Below, in pieces: positions 1 to 23,315 of a DNA stretch of 64,000 nucleotides (its first letter is position 1; every line of letters starts with the position of its first letter). The translations under genes and the position numbers were made by a program. This DNA is from Botryllus schlosseri (taxonomy: Eukaryota), in contig CM119375.1 in NCBI GenBank assembly GCA_051294905.1, positions 6,820,001 to 6,884,000 on the forward strand, read 5' to 3'. The notes beneath the pieces were generated by a model. That model was not told the DNA's origin, ran no database searches, and was given only the letters and a program-made list of their open reading frames with translations.

Positions 1-12515
<12,515 letters not shown>

Positions 12516-14078
12516 TCATATGCATCATAGCAGAGTTTTGGCAGGAATTTTTACACCTTCATTGCATTTTGCTAAATATTGTACCGATGCCAGACTGATT
12601 AGACAAAAAAGTTAAAATAGTTCTTGGGGTATAGCCTATTCCAAACAATATATTGGATTATTTACAGTGTTATACACTTATTCAATGCACAATTTTTAAT
12701 GCATCACCCAGGGAGAAAATGTTATATGATAATGGTCAACATCTGCTCAACTATTTTGATTACGCAAACTGCTATATTGAAGATAAGTCTTAATACTTGT
12801 CCATGGTCACATTTTTGTATACAAATGTTTTGGAATGTACAATCATAAAGCTCTACCTCTACCCATCATACCTATTTCTATACTTAAAACTGGACAGTAC
12901 GTTCATGTAATGTTGGTGCTCAAACTATAGCTTTGTGCATAACCTGAAAACTAGTCACTACCCCATACCACTGACTACCAGTTCACATCAAGTCCATCTA
13001 GTAACACAAATAAATGAAATCTATCTAGCTTATGTGCATTTTACTGGAATTTCCATCACCACAAACAGCCCCTAATATTTTAATTTCCTTTCCCCACCTT
13101 TACCAACATTTGCTTGATATGAGGGTCAGTTGTATTGCAATCAATTAATAATGCAGCAATATAAGCATAGCATTTGTTGCAATAGAGGAAAAGAGTAGTA
13201 ATCATTCAGAAATGGTGGAGAAAAGGCATCAACAATGATAGTAATTCATTCACAATGATAATTTATGGTCAAATCTACACATTTTGTATAACAGACGGCT
13301 GCAATGAATTGAATTGTGAAAAATACGTATCTGTCTTTTGAAAGTAACACATTTCATGTCACAAACAAGTTGATGATGGTACAATTGAATTGTATATTCA
13401 TATCGAAATAAACCCGAATATGTTAATGATGATATATGATGAAATAACATTATTCAATTGCAGACATCTAGGAACATTAAGATAGGCCTACTTTACTTGT
13501 TCAATTATTAAACATAATATAATCCGTAGACAGTTGACGCTTACTGATACAAATTACTGTTTCTGTTTGCAATACCAGTGCATTCTAATCCTATATACAC
13601 GAGGTCAGTCTAATTTTGATTTCTAGCTAACCATGACTAGACATCGCCAAGTTTCTCGATCTTCAATTGAGATGTCATATCGTCCTAATGTCAGCATTTC
13701 TATCTCACATCAACAGTTCAATCTTGAGAAAAGCATAGCTATACCCTGCACTGTGCTATAAGTATGTATGCCGTATTTATTCCTGAATACCTGGTCTGGA
13801 GATACATACTCCAACGACATCCATCCTTGAAGTGTTTTGACCATACATATGTATTTATAAAGCCAATGTTTGACGCTACGTCACATAGCAAACAATAGGT
13901 TCAGAAACGTAAAAATGGTTCCCACAACTAGTCGCTTTTATAGACGCGGTACTTCAAGGGGATCTCGTTACACGAATTCGTCGTAGGGACTATTTTCATT
14001 CGCATATTCATCCGTCACATGAAACTTGGGATAGAATACAGAATTACATCGCTATTTTTAAATAAAATTAACATTTAC

Positions 14079-14083
14079 CGCAT
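14079..14083 (-). CDS. CDKL1: Candidate first coding micro-exon of CDKL1 (ATG CG | intron), preceded by about 100 nt of 5'UTR
   Basis: Minus strand reads ...gcaaggATGCG|gtaaatg, with the donor at 14078 and A at -3. It is the first ATG downstream of the X-box. Phase 2 fits the acceptors at 12304-12305 (ttttctattag|C) and 12328-12329 (ttctcattcgcag|G), both in frame and stop-free up to MEKYEK. Confidence 0.55.
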
Positions 14084-14190
14084 CCTTGCAATATTGCCCA
14101 ATATTATATAGCAGTTGCTAACTTTTATTCCGAAATTATTGCAATATTTGTAACACTCTGATCGATATATCGATCAAAAGAGGCTTTTCT

Positions 14191-14203
14191 GTTACCTAGC
14201 AAC
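14191..14203. promoter_or_regulatory. RFX X-box upstream of CDKL1
   Basis: GTTACCTAGCAAC fits the X-box consensus GTNRCC-N(0-3)-RGYAAC. It lies about 108 bp upstream of the candidate ATG at 14083. A perfect 16-bp palindrome GATCGATATATCGATC is at 14160-14175. Confidence 0.7.
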
Positions 14204-14319
14204 GATAACTTGTTTTGATGTGGTGCGCCATCATGTGGAAATATTGGAGTTGACATTTGCAGAACAAATTTGCACGGTAGTGTGCACTATAGAGCTTTGT
14301 CGAGTAGTGAGAGCTTTGT

Positions 14320-15231
14320 CAAGGTGTACCTCTGAAAGGTTCAGGTTCGTGTGAACGCGAACCTTTTCGAAAGGTCCTGTGTGAACGCGAACGTGAACCT
14401 CGTGACGTCACGTCACGTCATATTGCTAATTACAATCCTACACTTCAGCTGAAGTACATACTGAGTTTTTATATGTCGTCAAATGTATCAACTGGAGCAA
14501 TCAAATGATATAATATTCCCATAAAATCAATGCCCTTCGTGGCTTTGCCATTAAGTACGACGAGGACTTGCCTTAATATAAGCTTACGCCTTAACGGTCT
14601 GGGCCAGACCAAACAATGTATTCGGCGTCTGAGTGTTGCTACGTTGATATTGATCAGAGTGTAAACGGGTTTTACCTCAATAACCATTTATGCAGCAGAG
14701 GAGCCAACACCCCAAATCGCCCGGATTATTTTTTATGATACAATAAACATATGAAATCTAGATGGACCCCGTGCTCTTGCTAGTTTTTTCTTACATCAGA
14801 CAACGATATTAATTTCATTGATTGGTTGAATAAGCATCATTCGCTGGCTACTTACATGTAGCGTATTTCGCTCTTGATATTGCGTGATTGCGAGTCAAGC
14901 TCACAGCAGAGCGACACTAAATATTCACAAACAGAAAGCTGGATATTTCGAGCAAACATTTGTAACAGAGGAGGTAAAATTTTTGAGATTTTCAAGGTAC
15001 GTGCTCGTTTAGAGTTGATTTTTTTATGTTGCCAGCTACATGCATAGAGTGGCCCGCAGTTGAAATGCAATAAACTTCATCCAAAATGTTATAATGACGT
15101 TAAAATTGTAATATATATAAAAAGGTTCACAGTGCAGAACCTACCAAGGTTCGTTTGTGAACGTGAACCTCTAAATTTCTGAGGTACACACTCAGAACGT
15201 GAACGTGAACCTCACGTTCACACCATCCCTA
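14320..15231. mobile_element. MITE with GTGAAC/GTTCAC motif arrays (right end CATCCCTA; left end eroded)
   Basis: Arrays at 14335-14400 and 15120-15222. Inverted pair ggtgtacctctgaaa (14322) / tttctgaggtacac (15176). Tandem TGACGTCA at 14403-14420. Confidence 0.6.
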
Positions 15232-15320
15232 GTCAACCACCACAAGATTGAGAAAAATAAACACATGGGAATCGAATGACTTGGTGCAGCTAATCAATCA
15301 AACTGCAACCTTGGCCTACA

Positions 15321-15589
15321 ACTAGCCAGTATTCAGGATTACCGGACCACGACCTAACATCGACCTCGCCTTCCGCCTCATGCCACCTCATTTTGTCGCT
15401 TAATTGCGTCTTATATTCTCTGCATTACTTTTCATTCAGTGTGCAATGTGCAAGCCTCTTATTTACTTCGCCTAGGCTAAGGTGGGTGTTTGATCTTAAT
15501 GGCTACTCCAAGTTGTTTCGACACCTTCCTATCTTTTCATTGTATCGCAGTCTTGTGATGTTTTGAAACGATGAAAACATTAATAAACC

Positions 15590-15618
<29 letters not shown>
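15321..15618 (+). mobile_element. SINE-like family A (about 280 bp) ending in aataaa + (GATT)n
   Basis: Shares ggaccacgacct...ttcattcagtgtgca...cctaggc..aggtgggtg...tactccaagt...cattgtatcgcag with copies at 16392-16797, 17248-17533, 32540-32810(-), 34225-34500(-) and a fragment at about 35810-35836(-). Confidence 0.75.
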
Positions 15619-15621
<3 letters not shown>

Positions 15622-15710
15622 GGCACATGGAAGGACGTCAAAAAGTCATATTGTTCCGAATTTGGCATCAATACGCTGAACTCGTCGCCTACACCACATC
15701 ACCTATAGGC

Positions 15711-16391
15711 CAGGGACGGGCAACATACGGCCCACGGGCCGGATCCGGCCCGCAGAGAGTTCTACCCTGAAAGTGACATTCTATTATGAAATTATTGACA
15801 AACTTGTATCGACAAACTCATGTTCCCATGCAGTCTTTACCAAGGGTTGCTACATATGACATGCAGCCACTAGCCAGAGTTCAAATAACTTGTTGACAAC
15901 TTTGACCGATCGCGGGTGTCAGACGGGTAATAAATTCATCAAATACTGTTTTTTCTCTCTATGCTCTAAACCCAGAGGTGGTCAGTAACGAAGTACTTCT
16001 ACTTTTTGAAGTACTTGAAGTAGATTTTGCCTACTCACACTACTTTTTAAGTAGTTATGATTTTAGACTACTTCTACTTCTACTTGACAGTTTTCAGTTT
16101 CGTAGGCAAATATAAGCGTAGAATACCTGCTTACTTACTTACTTGTGAACCACCACTCCTACTTCTACTTGAGTAGAAATTCCGGTGTTACTTCTACTTC
16201 TACTTGAGTAGCGACGGTGACTACTTTGACCACCTCTGTCTAAACCTAAAGTTTACATTAAATATGATTTTTCCTTGTTTGGTGGATATATACGCGATTA
16301 TTCTATGTGTTCTGCAATCCGGCCCGCCAAGTAGCCTACTTCATTTATCATCCATATCCGGCCCGCCGACCGAAGAAGTTGCCCGCACCTG
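15711..16391. mobile_element. hAT-type MITE with GGCCCGC subterminal motifs; hosts a family B MITE
   Basis: CAGGGACGGGCAAC ... GTTGCCCGCACCTG (12/14); atccggcccgc repeats at both ends; flanks ctataggc/gcttaggc are only a partial TSD. Confidence 0.7.
15973..16238. mobile_element. hAT-type MITE family B (CTACTT/TACTCAAGTA arrays)
   Basis: TIR CAGAGGTGGTCA/TGACCACCTCTG; perfect 8-bp TSD TCTAAACC (15965-15972, 16239-16246). Confidence 0.92.
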
Positions 16392-16487
16392 GCTTAGGCC
16401 CAGGTGGGTGTCTGATCTCAAAGACTACTCCAAGTCGTTACGGCACCTTCCTATCTTTTCATTGTATCGCAATTTTGTGGTGTATTA

Positions 16488-16753
16488 CAGAGGTGGTCAA
16501 AGTAGTCATCGTCGCTACTCAAGTAGAAGTAGAAGTAACGCCGGAATTTCTACTCAAGTAGAAGTAGGAGTGATGGTTCACAAGTAAGTAAGTAATTAGG
16601 TATTTTACGCCTATTTTTGCTTACAAAACTGAAAACTGTCAAGTAGAAGTAAAAGTAGTCTAAATTCATAACTACTTAAAAAGTAGTGTGAGTAGGCAAA
16701 ATCTACTTCAAGTACTTCAAAAAGTAGAAGTACGTCGTTACTGACCACCTCTG
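16488..16753. mobile_element. Family B MITE, inverted relative to 15973-16238, inserted in a family A SINE
   Basis: Same TIRs; body is the reverse complement of copy 1 with few changes; the SINE sequence resumes at 16754 and ends in an (AACCG)n tail. Confidence 0.9.
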
Positions 16754-17247
16754 TTTATTGAACTGATAGAAATTGCTAATAAACCGAACCGAACCGATAA
16801 ACGAAAACACACGACGATAGAGAGCACAACTAACTCCAAAACTGCCGCATACGCGCTTGGAGCGCGATCTACCAAAATACCTAAAATCCAGATACTGGCC
16901 CAACGAGCAAAAATTAAAACCCATCAGATTTTTCAATGAAAAGGCAAGGGATTCAGGGTGTCAAAATCCAACCAGCAATCTCGGCTGGATTTGTGAGGGG
17001 CCATATATGCAGGACGCCCCGATGTGCCGCGGAATACAGTTCCCCCTTGATTGAATACTTTGGCAGTAAAAAGTGAATAAGTATGACACACGCGCGTCCA
17101 CGTCGTCCAACTATCATATGGTTGACATAAAAGATTATCGCTGTATCAAATAGACCGGACCTGAAGTGTGGAATGCCGGCTATCCGACAGTCGTCGAGCA
17201 AGTCCATTGTCCACATTCAAGACAAAATACGAACAATTTCTGCTGAA

Positions 17248-17533
17248 TGAATACTAGTCAGCCCTCATCATTTACCGGACCACGACCTGACATATCGATC
17301 TCGCCTTCCGTCACTTGCCACCTGATTTTATCGCTTGCCACTTGATATTATCTTCTATTACTCTCATTCAGTGTGCAAAGTGCATGCCTCCTCTTTACAT
17401 CGCCTAGGCCCAGGTGGGTGTCTGATCTTAAGACTACTCCTAGTCGTTTCGGCATCTTCCTATCATTCATTGTATTGCAGTCTATGTGATGTTTTGAGGT
17501 GATGAAATTCTATGAATAAACTTGAACTCGAAC
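17248..17533 (+). mobile_element. SINE-like family A, full-length copy
   Basis: 5' ATGAATACTAGTCAGCCCTC shared with the 32810(-) copy; 3' aataaacttgaactcgaac tail. Confidence 0.75.
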
Positions 17534-17684
17534 CATATCGTGCGACGTACAGCATACCAACAACTCATCATCGCCATCCCATGCTACGTCACAGCTTCTG
17601 ACTGCACGCATGATGGAGTTCGACTTATTTCACAGCTGATTGCTACTGCGTCTTGCTCAGCGATGTGGATTTTATTATATTGTT

Positions 17685-18274
17685 TATAGAAATTAAACAT
17701 GGAACGGCAACGACCGATTTTGCAGCTTCGTTCCGCTTCGCAGAGGCTGGAGAGGAGAATTGTTTTGCGTAAGCGACTGTAGGATTTCTGGCAATCCAAA
17801 AGCTATCTTCCCGAGCACAGAAATTATTGAATATGGTCTTGATCGAAAGCCACTGTTGCACCGATTCCGAAAATATAAATTTAAATAATGATCAGGCACT
17901 GATCCACCTAGAATCTGTCCTCCAAGTCTGAAATATCGTCATTGTTCAGAACAATCGGGTAACCGCAAGACAATGACCATAACAATGACCCGTTGCGACT
18001 CTCCGATTGTTCGAACAATGCCGATATTTCGACTTGGAGGACGGATTCTAAGTGGATCAGTGCCTGATCATTATTTTAATTTATATTTTCGGAATCGGTG
18101 CAACAGTGGCTTTCGATCAAGACCATATTCAATAATTTCTGCGCTCGGGAAGATAGCTTTTGGATTGCCAGAAATCCTACAGTCGCTTACGCAAAACCAC
18201 TCTCCACTCCAGCCTCGGCGAAGCGGAACGAAGCTGCAAAATCGGTCGTTGCCGTTCCATGATTAATTTCTATA
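17685..18274. mobile_element. 590-bp foldback (long-TIR) element
   Basis: Arms 17685-17968 and 17993-18274 are near-perfect reverse complements with a 24-nt spacer; perfect 8-bp TSD ATATTGTT (17677-17684, 18275-18282). Mirrored ORFs in the track confirm the symmetry. Confidence 0.93.
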
Positions 18275-18401
18275 ATATTGTTGGATGGATATCCACGTTC
18301 GATATGGTTACATACTGGTTGGATTTGGTTAGGTTAAAGTTAGGGGTTAGACTCAGCATTCATTTAGGGTTAGGGTTCGTTCGGGGGTTATGGTTAGGGG
18401 T

Positions 18402-18655
18402 CAGAGGTGGTCAAAGTAGCCATCGTTGGCCCGTACTCAAGTAGAAAGAAGTATCGTCGTAAATTTCTACTCAAGTAGAAAAATATATGAATTCTACGCC
18501 TGTAGTTTAGCCTAAAAACTGCCAAGGAAAAGTAAACGTAATCTAAAACATAGCCATACACGGGAGTAACTATATAGTATACAACACAAGTTTACAGGCA
18601 AAACCTACTTCTGTACTCTAAAAATGGAAAAGTACTTCGTTGCCGACCACCTCTG
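18402..18655. mobile_element. Family B MITE inserted in a degenerate TTAGGG-rich tract
   Basis: CAGAGGTGGTCAAAG ... GACCACCTCTG; TSD TTAGGGGT/TTAGGGGC (7/8). Confidence 0.85.
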
Positions 18656-19511
18656 TTAGGGGCATATTCATAATAATGGTTAGAGATGAGTCAATTTTCG
18701 CATCGCTGGTATGCAGTCACAGCATAGGCTATATCTGTGAATGGAATAAAATCCTAGTAAGATCCGAAGCCATCTTTGAAATCAGTCCGAGGTCCAACTA
18801 GTTCAGTTCAATGACAGGCAATGTGAAAAGCAAAGGGGCTGTAACAGTGTGACGTAACATACAAAGTCGAAGTCAACTTCTAAATCTATGAAGTAACCGA
18901 TAGTAAATTTTTTTCACTTGTTAATAATCAAAGCGCTGAGTTTTGAACCTAATCAATAACCATTTATCGAGACCAAGGGACCCGATCAAGGTTTTAACAT
19001 AGTCACAAGGTTCCGAGTCAGTTTGATTTTTGTACTTCTGAGTCATGCTCAAGTCAGGAAGCAACGATTCGAGTCCAAGTCATAGTTTTTGCTATTTAAT
19101 ATTGAGTTTAAGTAAGGTTCAACTCACTTCTTTGAAACTCTTCGGTGATGCCGAAGGCATCGGATTCATAATTTAGGCCTACTCATTTTTCTCTCTCTAA
19201 ACGTGTTTATTCAAACAGGTAAAAGACAGTGTCTGGGGATATTTTTCAATTATCGGTCTTTATATACAAGACTTGAGTATATATATAAGTCGTAGCCTAT
19301 AGAATGTGACGATTGATGAATCACATCACTTGGTCTAGTCATGCGCATTGCGCAATTAACTTCAGTCAACGAAAAATTGTGACTCAAGTCATTAAAACCC
19401 TGGACCTGATCATTTCATTACTTAAAAGCTTAAGTTTTGTTATATTTTGCATCACATGCAATAGTAAATGTTCTGTTTCTCTCTGCATAGAGCCTATTAT
19501 CCTGTGTTCCG

Positions 19512-20330
19512 ATGTGTGATTCGCCCACGTGCGACCAAAATGAAGAAAAACAACAAGATGAGATCGCCGCCATATCGTCAATTTACGGAGAGGATTTCGA
19601 AGAAGAAAACCCTGAGGATGGGACTTACATAATCCACCTTCGCACACCCACCGCCAGCGTTGACTTGAAACTAACCCTACCAAAATCCTATCCCACTGAC
19701 TCCCCGCCTGTATATGAGATCCACGCAGCGTGGATGAACAGGTCTACAAAGCAAGAATTACACGACGCCCTCCAAGGTATCTATCTTGAAAATATCGGAG
19801 AGCCCGTGATATTTCTGTGGGCTGAAAAGATACGTGACGTCTTGCCAACAATATCTGCAGCCGTTACTGAAGACACCGTGTCATCAGTCCCGACTGAACA
19901 AGAGAAACCTCGCGTTGTTGAGCCTCAATTTCCTAGAGAATGTCCTCAAATTTATCATGGCGAACCAGTCGTGGACAGAAAGAGCGTTTTTCAAGCTCAC
20001 ATCTCCGAAATCAAGTCTTCAAGTCAAGTTCAAGTGGTACGCGATACTCTGATGCAAAATAAGAAAATCGCTAACGCGACGCATAACATTCTGGCGTACC
20101 GGTTTGCAAACGATAAAGGAATCGTGGTGCAAGATTGTGATGATGATGGTGAAACTGCTGCTGGCAGCAGGCTTTTGCATTTGCTGAACATTCTACATGT
20201 TACAGATGTCATCGTAGTTGTTTCACGGTGGTATGGTGGAATACATTTAGGGCCGGATCGATTCAAACATATAAATAATGTAGCAAGAGCCGCTTTGAAG
20301 GATCATGGCTTTCTTCAGTCAAAAAATTGA
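19512..20330 (+). CDS. IMPACT: Protein IMPACT (RWD domain + UPF0029 ancient domain; GCN2 inhibitor), single coding exon, 272 aa
   Basis: Uninterrupted ORF. N-terminal RWD (QQDEIAAISSIYG, LPKSYPTDSPP). C-terminal motifs DRKSVFQAH, KIANATHNILAYRF, QDCDDDGETAAGSRLLHLL and VVVSRWYGGIHLGPDRFKHINN. Acceptor-like ttctgtttctctctgcatag ends at 19490, 21 nt before the ATG. Confidence 0.96.
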   Translation: MCDSPTCDQNEEKQQDEIAAISSIYGEDFEEENPEDGTYIIHLRTPTASVDLKLTLPKSYPTDSPPVYEIHAAWMNRSTKQELHDALQGIYLENIGEPVIFLWAEKIRDVLPTISAAVTEDTVSSVPTEQEKPRVVEPQFPRECPQIYHGEPVVDRKSVFQAHISEIKSSSQVQVVRDTLMQNKKIANATHNILAYRFANDKGIVVQDCDDDGETAAGSRLLHLLNILHVTDVIVVVSRWYGGIHLGPDRFKHINNVARAALKDHGFLQSKN

Positions 20331-21633
20331 TATAATATAACCTTGTGCGTTTTTCAATGCCAGTAGTGGTAGTGTTATGATACAATGAAAACATTGAATA
20401 CAATATTCTTCAAGAGACTTTTGTAGGTACAGAACTACAGTAAGCAATTAAATAGTTTATATTGAAATGAACGGGAATATTTTTGTCTGGCGCACGTGAG
20501 GGGTAGGCCTAATCGTCAGCAACTAGTAGAGAATTTAAAATAACTTTGTACGTCAACAGTCGCATCACCGCAATATTCTTTCACCAAGGGTGGAGTGAAA
20601 AAATTAAAAATTTGAAATTCAAAAAGTGCCATTAACGTTTGGTCTCAAATCTCAAATGAATTACTTCTATCATGATTTCAGGTTCTTGCACCCTCTAGTG
20701 GCCGTGCAATTTCACCGAGCGAGCAGAAAATAGCTAATTTTGCCATATCTAGATGACCGCTTATGCTAGAAAGCCAGTTTTGGGCTTACAATCTGCTGCA
20801 GCAACATGTTTCTATCTCATTTCCATAGAATTATGTCTTGAAAATGTACAGAAAAAAAGTTACAAGCAAATTATTGAATCACCAGTATTGGCAATTGATC
20901 AACACTTGTACAGCCTCCGGTTTGTGCGTCATGTTGTAATGATAGGCTACTCGTTAAGATATTTTAACCAAGGCTCATATGTCTCTACATCTAAATATTT
21001 TGAAATTGATTTTTATAGAAAACTTCAAGCCCAATGTATGTACCCCCATATGGAAAATTATAAATGTTATTTCTTGCTAGTGTCCCTATCACGCTGCTTT
21101 CATCCCTCTGAAACTATGGGTATAAAATGGCATTTGTATGTTTTCATTGTGATGTAATGTTACCACTACCCTTGATGAACTCTGTAGCTGTTCAATTTAA
21201 AGCCAGTGTGTGTTTTGTAGACACTGGTTGTCATAATCCCGAGACATCACATTTTGATTGGCCCTTCTAACCTATCTTTGACATCACATCATGAAATTAT
21301 TTGACCCTTCGCTAATGTTGATTGTTGATCCTAGGTCTGCCCACCTGTGGCCATCTGCTCAGCAGTAGGCTACATATCTGTATTTAACAATTCATGCGTG
21401 TGCGATGTGCAATAATTTAGTGGCCTGCTTGACGGATAAGCCTGTTACTTAATTTGAGATTTACATTTCACTGTCACTTCTCTGTAACATTTGTTTGGTG
21501 ACATCACTTCTTTTCGGACTGGGCTGCTTTGGATGAGTGCCTCAATAGCCAATGTACATGATGTCAACTCTACCATACCACTCCTACCAGTGTAACCTAA
21601 AGAAAAATATGTGACACAGATTCAATTATAGTC

Positions 21634-22448
21634 CAGTGGTTCTTAACCTGGGGGTAATTACACCCAAAGGGGTAATTTACCAATTTTTGGGGGGTAATAT
21701 GAATGTGGGCTAACATATATTTTTCCGAGCTTGTATATATTTCGTTTCACTCAACACACCATGCCTGCTGTGATATCATAGTAACCATTAGTGAATAGAA
21801 TATGAATAACAGGGTGGAATGTAGTTTAGAATAGTGCTAGATAAGTTCAATTCATTTTGAGGTAGCGCGAATCATATATTGTTGAGCATGCTGGCAAATT
21901 GAAAGACAAGGGGCATCTAAGTTTAGTTTTACACCTATAATGCATTAACAATATTGTAGAAATATATTTGTTAGTATTGAAGAGTGTAGTGGTCTAGTCT
22001 AGTCAGTGAATTAAGTGTGAAACCATTACAATGCCTACGAAAAACCGAGGGGAAAATTTGAGAACCTTTTGGCTTCAAAATAAATAACCAATCTTTGTCA
22101 TAATGGCATTGAATTTTCGGATTATATTTCCTTCAACTTATTGCTGTGAAGTAGGATTTTCTGCAATGGTATCCATCAAAATAAAGTAGCCTAAGTTTGC
22201 GATAGACAATTACACGCGATGCTGTCCCTTTGTCTAGATTTGACCATTGAATGACACAAAAACAGCATTAGCCTTGTCATTGACTTGATATTTTTAACAG
22301 CCATTTTAGTGTGCATTATGACGTCATCCTTGTGCTGTTTTACAATTAATTGAGTGCAAGCTGTAATTGTCATTTTTTGAAAAGGGGTAATTGCCGCCCG
22401 TCATTTTCTTCTTGGGGGTAACGGTATGAAAAAGGTTAAGAACCACTG
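21634..22448 (+). mobile_element. Internally deleted Charlie/Buster-type hAT element with a transposase C-terminal remnant
   Basis: 16-bp perfect TIR CAGTGGTTCTTAACCT/AGGTTAAGAACCACTG; GGGGTAA subterminal repeats; 22124-22189 translates IFPSTYCCEVGFSAMVSIKIK*, matching the hAT dimerization motif PxTYLCExGFSxxxxxKxK. Confidence 0.85.
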
Positions 22449-23315
22449 AATTATACTGTTGTAGCTTTTATTTTGTATTGTCACCTATTTCTAAAATTTC
22501 CAGTTTCATAACTGATTTAGGACTATTATTTTCCATTCAGTTGCCTAATAACTAAGCTGAATATCACTTCTTCCGCTGTCGAGGTTTAGTTTTGGACCTC
22601 TAATTTGGTACTAAGCCTATATTACTTTATCTGTAACTTTGTGCATTTGTCCTTGATTTAAAGTAGTGACACTACTATTTACGAACGGATTATCCGATTC
22701 AGCACACTGCTCAAGAGAATTTGGTTTACCCAACCCATTTATAATTCCTCATAACAAGGCTGCATCACTCAGTGCTTCAATGCATGGTCCTCTATTTCCT
22801 CTATTAGTTCAATAACTCGGCAATTTTATCATTTGATGAATAGGCTGAGCACATGGAGAGTAAGATAATAACTTTGTGTACCTTTGCTTTGTAAAACTGC
22901 GTCGATACCTGGATGTACGTGGACATCTTGCATCATTTTATGAATCGAAATATTGCTTGCTAAAATGCGCACATTGTACGGATAGTCAGTGGTCATTTGT
23001 GAAGGACTTCCACTTTGTCTGAGTAGTCGAATAACTTTATTTTTCTATTGGCATTGATTTTTAAGATTTGTGATATTTTAACATAGAAGCTGTCGCCCAG
23101 TATATGCAAATGATAGCCACATATGGGACTACAGTTGAAGCCTTTCATTTTCAACCACTGCTCAAAGTACTTTTGACCCACTGCTGTTACGTCAACTTCG
23201 AGTGGCATATAGTGACTTTGACATCTCTATAGAAACGCAATATTTCATAGCCTGTCAGGCATTTTAATTTATTATCTTCCTTGAATAGAACAGGGAATTA
23301 TTGACATAATTCAAC

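Noticed and set aside
18320-18400. True telomere or telomere fusion
   Set aside because: Only two exact TTAGGG units in tandem, and the tract is short and degenerate.
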